Of a DNA stretch of 64,000 nucleotides, positions 50,419-64,000 are shown piece after piece (within the stretch, counting starts at the first letter, position 1; each line of letters opens with the position of its first letter). The notes under the pieces are model-generated. The model saw only the letters and a list, made by a program, of their open reading frames with translations. It made no database searches and had not been told where the DNA came from. The position numbers were made by a program, and so were the translations under genes. The stretch lies in the NCBI RefSeq assembly GCF_006345805.1, contig NW_021832231.1, positions 620,001 to 684,000 on the forward strand, read 5' to 3'. Source of the stretch: Octopus sinensis (taxonomy: Eukaryota).

Positions 50419-51896
50419 TTAAATAGATTATATAACTCAGAAATAATGTTAATAATGTTAATAATTCAAAAAATCTTTATTTGTTTCTAATTAAAGATTC
50501 CAAAAATAAAATAGCAGATAACAAAAATTAAATTTATTAATTTCGATCCTAAATGTCCTACATACTATATTTAAAAAATATGTGATTTATTGATACTGGT
50601 TTGAGACTGGTTCAGCCAAAGGGATCCCTAATCTCTACGACTAATGAGTGTTAAAAGTATTCCTCGATATCCGTCCCTTTATGATATCCGTGGAGTACTC
50701 GATGTTCCTTATGATTTACTATTATCTCAAAAAATGATTTACTATTATCATTTATGTTAATCGCGTCCAACAAAAAAATATAGTGCATCCCAGAAAGAAT
50801 ATCCGTTTTTTTCATTTTGAAAACAAATTAAGTTAGGAATGTACAGAGGGGAAATTCTGGGGGGGTTAAAGCTCGCACCCTCCTGCGGAAAGTACCGCAT
50901 GTGTGTTGCCACGGAGAATGGCGATGGATATCCGCTGCAATAGCCACGAAACCTCGCGTGGCTCTTTCGTCCTGTGGGCCAATTTCCTCCCGATGTCGCT
51001 GATGAAAGCCGAGGTTAGGGCCCTGCGACGCCCGATGTCTCCAAAGCGATTGGTACGAATATAAAACGGCGTCCAAGTTCTTGGTATTTTTTGATTTTGG
51101 CCGTCTCAGCCTTTTCCGTAGCGGACCTGGGGGGAAGTGACAGATGACATGATTGCCGATGGAGAGAAAGAGTCGATGCACGTAGCATCCCAGACAGAGC
51201 ACTTGCCCCCGAAAAGGAAAGATTGTCATTCCGTCTGGGCGTTTGCCGTCACCACGGTCCAATCCGACAGGCTCAAGTTGTGACGGAAAGCCTGCAGCCT
51301 TGAGGGCTCTACCCACGACGTCCATTTTAACGAGGCGTGGCGGGGACTGCATGAAGAAACTGAACATCCTAAAGTGTTCCTCTGAAAATGCAAAAAATGG
51401 ATCAGCTTCTTCACACGACAATCAATCTACCGGCAATACATGGAACCCTCCATTAGTTATGCTTGTGGGGAGGTTTGTCAGTCAAACAAACCACGAAAAA
51501 ATCGAAAAAACTCAAGAAAGATTTCGGAAAGCACTACAAGGAACGAATGAGATCTATCCATCTATCCATCGCCTCATTTTAAGAAATCTTGGGAAGGAAC
51601 CATAAGCCTACAGGCCCTACAACTCCACCACACGCGCCCTCATAGAAATTGTGCCGGATTAGTAAGCAGCACCGGGCAAAGATGAGGACCCTCCTCAGAG
51701 AAGCGGGGATCACCTGATTAATTAGTTCTATGTTTTGGACGGGGAGCTTGGTTCTAATGATAATGAGTTCAGATTCTAGTGAATGACCTAAATTAGCTAT
51801 TTATTTATTAGCTATGAAATTAATAGGCTAAAACTTTTAGTTAATTAAACATTAATATTCTTATTTATAATTATTTTTTTTCAATAATAAATAAAG

Positions 51897-52614
51897 ATGT
51901 CAATTGAAATGAATAAATCTTGTGGTTCATTATTGATTCTGTAAAAAATTCCAAGATCTCCTCTCCCAAATCAATATTAGAACCAACAATATGTTTTTTA
52001 CACCGACAATGTAACCAATAAATCTATTATTATTCTACAGTTGGGAAATACAACATTCCATCACGCTGCTTATGCTGGGAACTGCGAATGCTCAAATCCC
52101 TTCTAGTGGCGGGTATCGAAAAGAACATTAAAATAAAATAAACCGAACTGCTCTTCATATTGCCTGTCAAATGGGTCACTTGGACGCAGTTCAATTACTC
52201 CTGTCCGCTGAAGTGGATGTCAATATAGTAGATATGGTATAGGGTAGTCCCTGACTCGAAAGTTGGAAATGACTCCTCTACATTGGGCTGTTGAGTCTGG
52301 AAACATTGAAATAGTCATGTCGTTGGCCAAAAAGACGGAGGATTTGCTTATGGCGGACAAAGTCTACTCCAATTGGCTGTATTGGTAGTTCAGGAGATCA
52401 GTATTTGATATTGCGGCTGGGAAAGATAAGAAGGACATACTCCAATTTCTGTTAAAGGCATTTGCTGATGTCTGAGAGTTGATAGTTCTTGAATGAAAAG
52501 TCGAAATTTCGTGAAACTCAGTCTGGGAAGATGCCGATATGTTTTGAGGACGCAGAAGGTAAACTTACGTGGAATACGGTCGATGTTATTGCTTCGGATC
52601 ACGATTTATTTTGA
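51897..52614 (+). pseudogene. GABPB: GABPB-like copy 2 (frameshifted as assembled)
   Basis: Homologous to 31466-32186 with several 1-bp indels in exon 1. Confidence 0.55.
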
Positions 52615-55566
52615 CTTATTTTTGAATTTTATTTATTAAGATTGTGTTATTTGAAAATATTGTGTCATTTATTATTTCAGGATTTGTATTTTTAATTTTG
52701 CAGTAGCCATAGTCAGAGGCAATACTCTGGCTATCTGCTAATGACGATTTTTCTCTTGACCTAATTTGATTATAATTTTGCAGTCTATCATACATGCAAT
52801 TTCAAGTGCCTTTTAACCGTGTATTTTTTCCTCAATAAAGATTAAAAATTTACAACAAATTTATGTGATAAAGACTTATTAATCCACTCGTAACAGCTGG
52901 AAATTAATTTCCTTTTTTAATAAGGAAATAGGCAACATCACTTTTTAATTGTCTGTCATCAAATTTGTTACGACTCTTTTCTTCAATTTCTAAATATTCT
53001 TCATTCAAATGAATTGCTCCAATTATGAGGTTACTGACTAAATTTATTTTTTCAAAGATTTTGATCCCGTGGCTGTCTTTGTCCATCATACTCTCCAGGG
53101 GTCGGAAAATATTTCGAAAGCAAATTCTTGACATTCTCGGAAATATTGAAAAATTTAAGAGCCATCTTTAACCGCTTGTCCAAAGCAAAAATTTAATAAT
53201 AATTAAGAATTCATTTTAAAGAATAAAATTATTTAGTCTCAAAAATGAGAAATTTGATTCCTCATTTCTTTGGAGAGTTGTTTAATGTCTGAGTCGAAAC
53301 TAGTTAATTTTAATCTGAGGTTTGATTTTAAGACTGTAATTTTTTTTCTTAATCTCAATTTGTTAGCAAACTTCATGTGCAATTTTTTTAATTCATAAAA
53401 AGAGTCCAGAAGAGAACTCCGAGTATTTGATTCATCTATTGATATAAAAATCGAATTATTTAATTTTATGTCAATAACTTGTTGAATAGATACATTCGAA
53501 GACATCTTAAATGTCCTTCGGAAACTATTTTTGCAGATAAAAATATATTTATTATCTTTTCATGATTTCTGTTTTATTTAAAAAAATAGTGAAATACTTT
53601 TCCACAGGTTTCAATAAAATATGACTTGATCTTCCCAGGATTCCCTTTTTCCCTTTTTTCGATCTCATGACTTATCAAAAAACTAGCAATATTTGTATTC
53701 CTGGACTGTTGCCAATATTTAAAAACTGAATTTTTAATCTCAATATTTTGATCAAGTTTTTCACACAGGTTTCTTTCGTGAGTCACCAATTGAATTTTTT
53801 GCAGCGTTGTGCTAAAATGTTTCTCTAAATTTAATTTTTTGTTTTGATTTAAAGTTGCCTGACAAATAAGGGATTTTTGAAGTTTTTATGAGTTAGATTT
53901 AATACAAAAGATTCACTCCATTTTGATTTAAAATGACAAATATGACCAATAATACATCTCAGGGGAAGACTGACAATGAAAAAGAATTCAGAATTTAATT
54001 AATTACTTTTTGAGAGGTTAGCTACAGTTTGTTAATTCGGTCAATTTTATATATTCTACTTATTTCTCGATTAAGTGATTTATCGTTTCTACCTGTAATT
54101 AATTAATTTGTTTTTCGCACTTTATACTATTTCGCACTTTATTCAAGAAACTGAATTGAAAGCAAAGAGGAGCGTTGTACTTATATGTTAGTGGTTCCCG
54201 AATTAAACGTGCTATGATATTGTGAGCTGTTTCGTTAGCTGTTCTGCATAATAAGAATTATAACAGAAAATCATTTTTTGAGTCACCCGAGTCTTCATGG
54301 TTTTGGGGAAAAATCTTGATTTCCATCCTTTGCGTAAACAGTCAAGCAATTCTTTCGCAAAAAATTAATTTAATACAAAAAATTAAAAACAACAAAATTG
54401 TTTATACTTTTGGTTAAACCTGGAAAAATGAATGAAAAGATTGAAAATTTTAATAAGGAATAAAAATTATTATTTTGCCAGATTTTTAAAAAAATAATAG
54501 AAATAAAAAAATATCTATTCAAAAACAGTATTCATAAATCTTGAGCGAATTTCCCAACTATTTAGATACATCAGATGAGATATCACTATAAGCATTTGAC
54601 ATGGAAGACATATTCATAATTGGTCAGTCGGCTTGATTATTTACGTATATAAACCATAATTCAAATCTAAATGTCCTTTATTTGTTTGAAATGTGTTTGC
54701 TACATATCTTAAATACAAAAAATTTTACGATTTTATATTTTGTATAAAAGCAAAAGCTGAACTTTGAAAACATAACAAATGTTTTAAAAAAATCGAAAAT
54801 ATGTGACATGGGCAAAACAAGATTGAATATGAGTGTCGACAAAGATACTTCATTGTTCAAAATGACATAATCAGAAAAGTCATTCGAAATTGTGAAGTAT
54901 GTAAATTTGCCTGTCCATTAAGAGTTTTAATTCTTTTTAATTTTTAATGTAGGTTGGTGATATGAATCATCATATTTTTGCTTCTTCTCCGAATGAAAGG
55001 TTTCGGCTAGATCTTGTAGATCTAAAAAAGTTTTCAGTCTCAAATAATAATTACAGATGGATTTTAACAGTCATCGATGTTTATAGTAGGTCTTTCAACA
55101 ATTTATTCAGATTTGCATTTGTCAGACCACTTTTTCATAAATCTTCAAAAGAAGTATGCAACAACTTAAGATCACTTTTTCTACCTTGCAAAATTTTGCA
55201 ATCAGATAATGGTTCAGAATTCAAGAATGTGTCTCTAAGAAATCTATGCAAAGAGTTCAATGTAGTTCAGATACATGGAAAACCAAACAATCCCCTTACA
55301 CAGGGGATTATAGAACGTTTTAATCAAACCATCACCCGAAAACACTCCAATATGATTTTTTTATTTATTTATAGACCAATGACGGGTAAGCCAGTTAATT
55401 ATTATAATCCCCGTGATCCCCGATTCAAGCGAGGGAGATCTTTCTGAAAGGTTCGATCCTGCCCACATGATCGGCCTGAGACGACGATGTCCCAGGGTCA
55501 GAGTTCTAGAAGTCTTTTTTTCGGTAGGCATTAAGTCTTCGCGGCGAGTACATCCTTTCCGTATTC

Positions 55567-57205
55567 AATAAGTTGACTATCCTAAACGACCCATACGCTC
55601 ATACAAGGACACCAACCCGCAGAAGAGACAGCCCATCATCTCCGGACCTGTCCCTCTGCACTCCATCCTTGGCTGGATACATCTTGTGGAATGTTCGTTA
55701 TGGTTTCTCGAGCGACCATAACCCCATTGTACTGACACTTAGAAGGCCTTTCTGTCCAACGCGCCGTCCTACGAAGTTCAAAAATTACTCGAAGGCTAAC
55801 TGGCATGGTTTCGGGCTGTATGTGGACAACTGCCTGCTCGATCTCTCTATGGAAAATTGCTCGGTGGAAAGGACGGCCAACTGATTCGGACTAATAATGG
55901 ATTCAAGTGGAGTCGTCTCGTTGGACGATTATGTCACAGAAATTCCTGTGCCACCTTCTAAAAAACGCTAAGAAGGATCAATTGTCTTATCGGTGAGCAG
56001 GACGGAGGAACTGAGGTCGTTGCCCACAATTCCTCGGAACCTGCTCGCAAACTTGCAAACAAGATTATGAAGTACTACGTATCGATCAGCCATAAAGACT
56101 TTTCTCGCACTCCACATATTGAACGACTCGGACCGCGACCAGAACCGTATTCCACCTTCTTAACACCGGATGATGTTGACAAGGCTATTAAATCTCTACG
56201 TCCCACCCGTGCTTGTGGCCCCGACGGGATTTGTGCTGTTCACCTCAAACACCTGGGACCCCGGCACGGACCGTACTATATAACGACTCCATCAACTTAC
56301 GTACGATACCTAATATATGGAAAAACTCCCTAATTACGCCAATTCTAAAGCCTGGGAAACCAAAGGATGTTCCTTCTTCATACCGCCCGATCTCAATAAC
56401 TTGTATTTTATCGAAAGTATTGAAAAAACTTGTATTAACGCGAATCTCTCCTGTCCTACAATTGCCAGAATTTCAGCACGGTTTTAGACCAGATCGTTCT
56501 ACAACGACCCATTTGTGTTCTGTCTCCCAGTTTATTACTGACGGTTTCAGCATGAAAACTAATGACCCAGACATTATGTTCTTATCCTATGCGGACGACC
56601 TGATTATCGCTGCAAGAGATAAATCTCCTTCTGTGTCTGTTGCAATGGTCCAGTCACACCTTAACCGTGTATGTGATTGGCTATCTGCTAACATGTTGTG
56701 TGTGTCTGCATCTAAATCCAAATTCACCCTTTTCACTACTGATAGAAAATTCAAGAATGGACCGGAATCATTCATTGGAGACAATCCTATTCCCTCTTCG
56801 CGTACCCAGAAGATCCTTGGCGTGGTTTTCGACTCCTTAATGACGTTCTCATGTCACGTGGAGGAGGCTCTAGCTAAAGGTCTTCGGAAGTGGAACGTCT
56901 TGAAAGCGCTGTTAAAAAAGAGTCCCTTCCCCTTGAAAGATTGTGTCAGCAAGGTCTACCAACAATTGATTGCCCCGACGGTTGGGTATGCCTGCTCAGC
57001 CTGGACGTTTGCAATTGCTTGTTCGAAAGCGGAACGTTTGAACTTACTCAGAAGGCGGCCGTCTCGGGGTTACGGTTGGGTCATCAGAAGATCATTTAAG
57101 GAGAGTCCAGCTGTTGTTGGAGGAAGGGATCACCTAATTAGTTAGTTTTGACCTATCTTTCTCGGTGATCTTGGAGTTAATAAATAAATGTCTAATTAAA
57201 AAAAT
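55567..57205 (+). mobile_element. I-like LINE, copy 2
   Basis: Same ORF translations as 35140-36778. Confidence 0.88.
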
Positions 57206-57442
57206 CGGACATAACGAGGAAGGAAATACAATCAGTTCCATTTTTACACATATAAAATTAATTAATGTTCACTTTATTTTATTAATAATAAAAAAAATTG
57301 TTTGTATTAAATTAATTTTTAAAAATTTATTTTAATATAGAACTATATTTAAATATAGAATTTATTTAAATATAGAACTATCTTGTGTGGCAATTTTTAC
57401 CAACGTTATAGAACCCTAAAACAATACGAATATAAATTTGAT

Positions 57443-60400
57443 ATGGCAAACCATATTCTCGACTTAACCAAATCACACATTTATTTATTAAAATGTAATT
57501 TTTTTCAAAAAATGGTACTTTAATACCTATTTTATACATATTCCAGATTACAGAGTCAATGCTCAAAATAATCGAGGAATTCGATTCCTTACAGACAAAT
57601 ATCAGCACCGAAAGTAATTTATTTAAATTTAAACAGAATTTGACATTATTCCCGTCATCAAGACATTTGTTGACGCCCTATCCCGCTCTGCAGAATGCTC
57701 GATCGAATTCTCCCTCCTAAACCTGAAAACGCTAAAAAAGATTTTGTATTTTCTGTCCAACTGTACATTCGAAATGACTATTTTTAGCCCAAATTGACCG
57801 ATCTGTAAAGTCGAATGTCGCTTTCATCACAGTTAATTCGATTGTTGGCATCAAAAGTGTCACTGATGGGGAAAATGGGGAATTTTTAGTTGCCAATATT
57901 GTGGAGGTTGGTCACTGAAAGTTTTTTTTAAAGATTTTTGGAGCAATTTTGACTTCTAGTTTGGTTACTTGTCTGTCTTGTGGTCTCATTTGCGACTCTC
58001 TGCGGTGGTGCTTCTCGTTTTATTTCGACCTCCACCTCAACAGTTAGTATTAATTTTATTTAATTACAATATTTATTTAATACTTAACTATTTAAGAGTG
58101 GATTCGTAAAAGATTAGAAGGAATAATAACCGATTCAATTTATTTGATATTCACAAATATGCCCTCAGTTTCGATTCAACCAGACAAACCATCTGCCGAG
58201 GACACCTCTTCCTTGGACTCCCACACCACCGAGAGTATTGACGGGCTACTTAATGCCTCAGTGGATAGTCGAGTCTCCAACAAATGCACGAGGGAGATTC
58301 TGAGATTTCTCGTATCTCTGATTGACGTGGAAGACAAACACAATGACGAGATTCGAGTTGTTTTTGGTCTGGAATTGCTTTCGATTGTCCTCTCAACTCC
58401 TAATTTGTCATCCCAGACACACCTCACTCCTCTCATTCGAACAGAAATGTCGAAAAAGCTATTTATTGTATATTGGTTAACCAATGAATTAATTTAGTTG
58501 GCGGGGACTAATTCATTCAATCTGTTCAGTCGGTCTTTGATTCTGTCCTTCAACATGTTTTCAAAGTTACTGCCATTTTTGAGAATTCCATTCGAAGTAG
58601 TGTTCAAATTAATGGTCAGTTATATATTGTCAAACTGGTCGGCCGGCTGGGGAGTGGGACGTGTGTGTCTGCGGCCAATGACCTCGCCTGTGAACTGTTG
58701 TGTGGCTTCCTGAGTCAAGAAGATGTGCCCCTCCAGTTGTACGTTAACTATGATTGCCACCCCTCGTCCGCCAATGTCCTCGAACTTATAATCTCGGCCC
58801 TTTTTAAGGTGAGGGAGTAACTTATTGCAGCAAGTGTCATTTATTGGGACATCTTCCTCGAATGGTGTCTTTTCTGCCAGCTGCATGTCTTCACTCCGCA
58901 GTCTGTTGTCTCCTCTCGAACATATTTACAAACGGAACCAAATGTCCTCTCCCATGTCAGGTAGGAATGTCTAACCACGTTTTAGACACATTCCGAACGA
59001 TACATCGACACGGGAACCACTGCAGTGTTCTACAAACCCCACAAAAACTCAGCCCCGTTGATATAAGTCACAAAATGGAGCACAAGAAGGTTATTTCACA
59101 AAAATATTTGCAGAGAGTGCATGAGTGTATAAAAATGTTTGGGGACAGTCCAAGCCGGTGTTTTCAACGACTTGTGGAGTTGGGGGCAGTTCCGAGCTGT
59201 GATCCCGCGGATTTGGTCTCTTTTATATCAGAATACTACGAATATATCGACATTACTGCCCTCGGAATATTCTTTGGCAAGCAGAGCAACAGAGATGTAT
59301 TGACAGCTTTCTTGGAGTTGTGTTGTTTGTCAGTGATGGTAGGTCGTATGACTTTGCTGGTCTGAGAATGGACTCTGCGATTCGGAAGTTCCTCGACGAC
59401 TTTCATTTGCCAGGCGAGGCCCCGGTCATTGCGAATATTTTGGAGGTTTTCGTGAGGCGTTTTATGGTGATGGTGAGTGGATATTGGTAGAAGTGTAATG
59501 AGGGAGTGTTTGGGAGTTACGACGAGGCATTTCTCCTGGCCAATGGAATAATGGTCCTCAACGTGGACCAGCACAACAAATTACTACAAGCCACTAACAA
59601 ACCAATGACATGTCACGTATTCCCTGATTGCTCATTTCCTCAGGAATTTATTGAGAGTGTCGGAGGGACTAAAAACCTGAACGAATGCACAGAAATGCTC
59701 AAACAGATATATAATTCTGTCAAGTTAGTCACCTGCTTGTAGTCTAGGATGTCTGAGATTGTAATAACTGCCACCAAGAGTGGAAGTAGTAGAGACAAAT
59801 ATCTCTGGAATGTATTGGTCGCTGTTATTTGTAGAAAAAACACGAAACTTGTACCAACGACAGTTATATCCAGGCTGAAGGGAGTTTGTGTGACTCTGAA
59901 ATATTTCTTCTCTTCTGGAGTTCTTCTGTGGCTGCTCTATCTTACGTTTTTGATAAGGAAATAACTGCAATGTCAGTACAGGATATCCTCGAGTCCTACA
60001 AGTTAATTAAATATCATTAATTGATTAGGAAATGTGCTTCGATTGCAGTCCACTTTAACTTGATTGCCATTTTTGACTCGATCACAATCGCCTTGTTTAG
60101 AATGTCGCATCTCCTTAATGATTCTCACGTTTTTAATGGTTGACCAATTTTTTAATAGAATGGCGGGAAAACGTCTTTTGTCGAAATTTTTGCAAATAAT
60201 GAGAAGGCGCAATTGGCTGGGAAAACTGCTTTTGATTTGGTGGCACAGCACGGGGATCTCATGCGTGATGGATGGAAGAATGTTTTGGAGGCTCTCCTCA
60301 GTTTATACACAGCCAGACTCCTCCCATCAACTTTGATTGAAGTTGGTCGTTGTTTATATACTCCAGGTGGACAGTCTGTTTGAAAGTGGGAAGAAGCGTT

Positions 60401-62305
60401 CTCTTAATAAAGTTCTCGATCTCAAAAAAACCTCAAAAAACTCTACAGGCGCACTCTCGTCTTTGTTTAACTTTTTTTCGTCAAACAACAACGAGAACAC
60501 ATTGAGGGGTGAATGTCCATCATTGAGCAAGGCACAGAGCATTGTGTCCGAATGGAAGATTGAAATGATTGTGAGTAATATGAAGTCCCTACACAGCCAA
60601 TCCCTTGTTGAATTTATTAAGGTTAGTCAAGAACTCCCAGACCTGTTTAGATACTGACTGATTGTATTCTCGATCCAAATTGCCTAGTGGGAGTGCACGG
60701 TTGCAGTATGTCAGAACCCTCTCTTCTTTTTTATGACATTCTTGTCCGAGTTGCAATCAATAATCGGTTTGGGTGGTTGGATTCATTAACAGAGATCGAC
60801 TGTCACTGTTTTTCCAGTCAGTCAAAACATGTGTGCTTCATTTGGTTACCAGTTCTGCTTATCCGGCCTTACTGGTGGAGGAAGTCATCCACGGGTATCT
60901 CCGAATACTTACTTCCTTCATAAACCAGGAGGTGATTCCATATGAGGTAAAAGGATTATTTAATTCTGGAGGTGATGAGCTTAATGACTTGTTTCTTGTC
61001 TTTGAATTTGGACAAAATAGAGTATTCCCGGACATCTTTGCTGCTTGTGGGTTTCGTGGCCACTTTCCTGCAGAATCATTACTTACTGCTGGAGTGTTCC
61101 GACGGTCTCCCAATATGTTTTCTGGTCATTGAAGTATTCACTGCCTGTGTGGTCCTGCCTGATAATTTGATAAGTCACTGTCAGCAAAGTTTGTCCAATA
61201 ATGTTTAAATTCCATTTAGAGACTCAATGTTCCGCCGGCGATGATTTGAGTCGGTGGTTTGACTATGTGAGCACTGACCGAATCCCCATCGGGGCAATAC
61301 AGATGACCAAACTGTCTATCGGAGTGGATATCCTCGAGCAGCTTGTGAACGGGGGGTTTTGTGCAGAGGTGACCCACCTGGAATCATTCGTCCATTTCAT
61401 AGCAGCTCTGTGTTCGGCCGTCTATCAATGTTATTTTGACAATTTGAACTAAATAGGTCACACGGAGAAGGAGAAAACGTTACAGGACGTAGAACCTTCA
61501 GTAGCCACGGAATATTTGTCAAAACTATCACTGAAAGTTGATTTGAATGTGTATTCTGCAGGTTATGGACGCGACCAGTTCTGTTTGTGTGCAGTTGGCT
61601 AGTTCAGAGAGAGTGAAGAGTTCTGACTGGTGGCGTGTTCTCCTAAGCCGTATATTCTGATGAACTACATAGAAATGGCACTATACACTCAGGACGATCG
61701 TCCTGTTATCAGATTGTACTCATTCGACTGCATTCAAAAGTCTCTTGTGCATGACCGGTTGTTCGTCATTGGCAGTCAGACGTGGAATCAGTGTTTTAGC
61801 ATGGTGTGCTGTTGTGTGGCTATTTCAGATCATTTTCCCTATATTCAGTCGAATGTTGGCTCGCAGTCAGGAAGGGGAGGACGTGGTGAGGATAAGGGCT
61901 GTTTCCATGCTTTGCAAAGTATTTTTATTTTTTATATCCTCAGATTTTTATAAGAAATGTCAACTTTTTTGCGAGTTGTGACAGCTTTGGTGTTTTTTGG
62001 AAGAAAATTGTCGAATTGGTTTGTGCAATGGCAGCCTCGTCAGACAAGAACGAGTCATTGGTTAATTTGGCTTATCTATTTCTCAGAGAAATGGCATTTT
62101 AGATCAGTTTAAGACTGTTTTGATGGTTGTCAAGTCGATGAGGTTGCTCTGTCGTCAGGAATCGGGTTCCGAATTGTTGGTCGAGACTGTGGAACGACTG
62201 AGGCAACTTGCACCTGAGTTGGTGGGAGAGTTGACCGAGAAAGATGAGCCCAAGGAAGACCCTAAGGAAGAGTGTGTTCTATATCCTCCACTCCCAATTA
62301 TATAA
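57443..62305 (+). CDS. GBF1: GBF1 copy 2, essentially identical
   Basis: All ORF translations match copy 1 at offset 20427. Confidence 0.88.
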
Positions 62306-62419
62306 ACAATTTAACATATATTTATGTAATAAATATTGTACTCATAATGTCCTATTTATATTGAATACAGCGGCGTTACAGCAACTCTAGTCAGTTTGAA
62401 AATGCGATAATTATCACTC

Positions 62420-63786
62420 CAATTTGCGCACGCTGTTGTTGTGGTGACCTTTTCTGTTTATTTGTTATTCAATTATCTGTTGTTTCTATGTAATATTTCT
62501 GATCTATCTAATCCTTTCCTATCCATCTAATCTTTCTCTGTCTATTTCTTTCTATCCATTATTCGTTCTGTTCTCATTCTTTTATTTCCTTCATCTCATC
62601 CCAATTTTAATCCCGTTTCCCCCTGCTCAATCTGCAACATGGTTAACAAAAGAAAGAAGGGCCGTCCCTGCTCATCGTGTTCTCTGTTCTTTCATCTTTC
62701 TTGTGTCTTTCTTTCCCGCCGCACTTCGGAACGTATTCCAGCTTGGGTCTGTCCCGCTTGTCTTTCCGGCACTCCATTACTTTCACCCCCATCCGCCATT
62801 GCCACTCTCGGCACTCGCTGCTCCGCAGATTCCTTTCCTTTCTCTGACCCTGTATTCGGGACCCATTCTAGCCCTTTTGTTCTCAAATCCATCAAACTCC
62901 TCCGCCGCCTCCGGCAAATCCCGTACAGAATCCCAAAAGCTGCTCGTATCCTAGCTGCTTCCTCTTTGTCCACCTCAATTAATGACGCTGGCCTCCGACG
63001 GGCAATCTTATTGGCTTAGGTTGTTCTGCTTTGCCTCTTTCGGCCTCGGCTTTCTCCCATCCAGTAACAAAACCTCCCCCTCGCTTGCTACGACCGTCAA
63101 ACATGAACTGTCCTCGTACGACGGGAACTGTTTTTCTTCTGGCTGGCTCCAGGCCTATCTCGCCAATTCAGAGTCTCCCTTAATCCCCAAATCGGAATGC
63201 ACCTCCGTACGATGACGACTACCTCTACAGAAAAGTTAATTGCAAACTTATGGACGGCGATGTCCGCGGTACTGTCAGGCTTGTCGCCTCGTCGAGTTCC
63301 CTTTTGTCATCGACACCCGCAGTTCTGAAATCTCTCAGAGAAAAACATCCCTCTCAGCCCCACGACTTCAGACCTCAGCCGCCTCCTGCCACTCTCGCTT
63401 TCAATCCCTTCATGGTCTCGGAAGACCTCGTACTGAAAGGAATTTTTCCCCAGGAAGCAGCGGTGGAGTAGACGGCCTGAGGCCTGGTCACCTAAAAGAT
63501 CTGACTTCTCCCACCACCGCCGAAACTGGACGGAAGTTGTTACGCTCAATTACCAACTTGTGCAACCGTTTTATTTCCGGCTCTCTCCCTGACTTTGCAT
63601 GTGGAATTTTCTTTTCCGCCAACCTTACTGCCCTTGGGAAAAAGGACAACGGCGTGAGACTCATTGCCGTTGGGAATATCTTTCGGAGGCTCTCTGCCAA
63701 ACTTCTGTGCCACGCAATTGTCCCCTTTTTGTCTCAGGAGTTTTTCCCCGTCCAACTCGGGGTCGGTGTCCCAAACTGCTGCGAAG
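62420..63786 (+). mobile_element. CRE-clade element copy 2 with in-frame PHD finger
   Basis: CSIC..CSSC..FHLSC..WVCPAC followed by RT motifs; homology ends after PNCCE. Confidence 0.88.
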
Positions 63787-64000
63787 GCCGGCTGTTTCGT
63801 GAGGCCATTTATTAGCTTAGATATCTTTTTACTTTTATAAATTAACAAGTTTATTTTCCAAAAAAAGCAGGCAGACTGTTGACCATCTAGCCACGCGGTG
63901 TGGTAGGATGCTAAACAGTGATTATCTCCGAAGACAAAACGAATGGTAAAGTATATTCATCTCCACTTGTGTCGAATGTATGGAATTAAACGAAGCAGGA

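Larger units (their letters stand above)
47758..63786 (+). repeat. ~16 kb segment, copy 2
   Basis: Direct repeat of 27172-43422, including the same TEs, coiled-coil gene and GBF1. Confidence 0.97.

Noticed and set aside
1-64000. Microsporidian or myxozoan source genome
   Set aside because: The TGF-beta ligand excludes microsporidia and the axonemal IQCG argues against aciliate myxozoans; the taxon remains an inference.

Overview
AT-rich, very compact animal genomic DNA. Genes are split by many tiny spliceosomal introns (mostly 21-30 nt, GT-AG, at least one GC-AG). A TGF-beta ligand indicates a metazoan and a motile-cilium gene (IQCG/DRC9) indicates cilia; with this intron size the best fit is a dicyemid-like miniaturised parasite (inference). 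Host genes reconstructed by hand-splicing: TAF1B-like, IQCG, TTF1-like Myb, a short TGF-beta/BMP ligand, a ~985-aa helical/Tudor/Schlafen(AlbA_2) protein, an ankyrin protein, TIM44, a minimal WTAP, DJ-1, a glycogen phosphorylase with altered active-site motifs, GABPB-like, a coiled-coil gene and GBF1. Intergenic space is full of eroded transposons: hAT/Buster elements with 8-bp TSDs, pogo/Tigger, Ginger-type integrase elements with their own mini-introns, CRE-clade retroelements (one with an N-terminal PHD finger), I-like LINEs and R4-like fragments resembling microsporidian elements. A ~16 kb block (27172-43422) recurs at 47758-63786, either a tandem duplication or a false haplotype duplication. 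Top candidate for new biology: the Tudor-Schlafen fusion. All assignments come from motif recognition by eye; no database searches were run.
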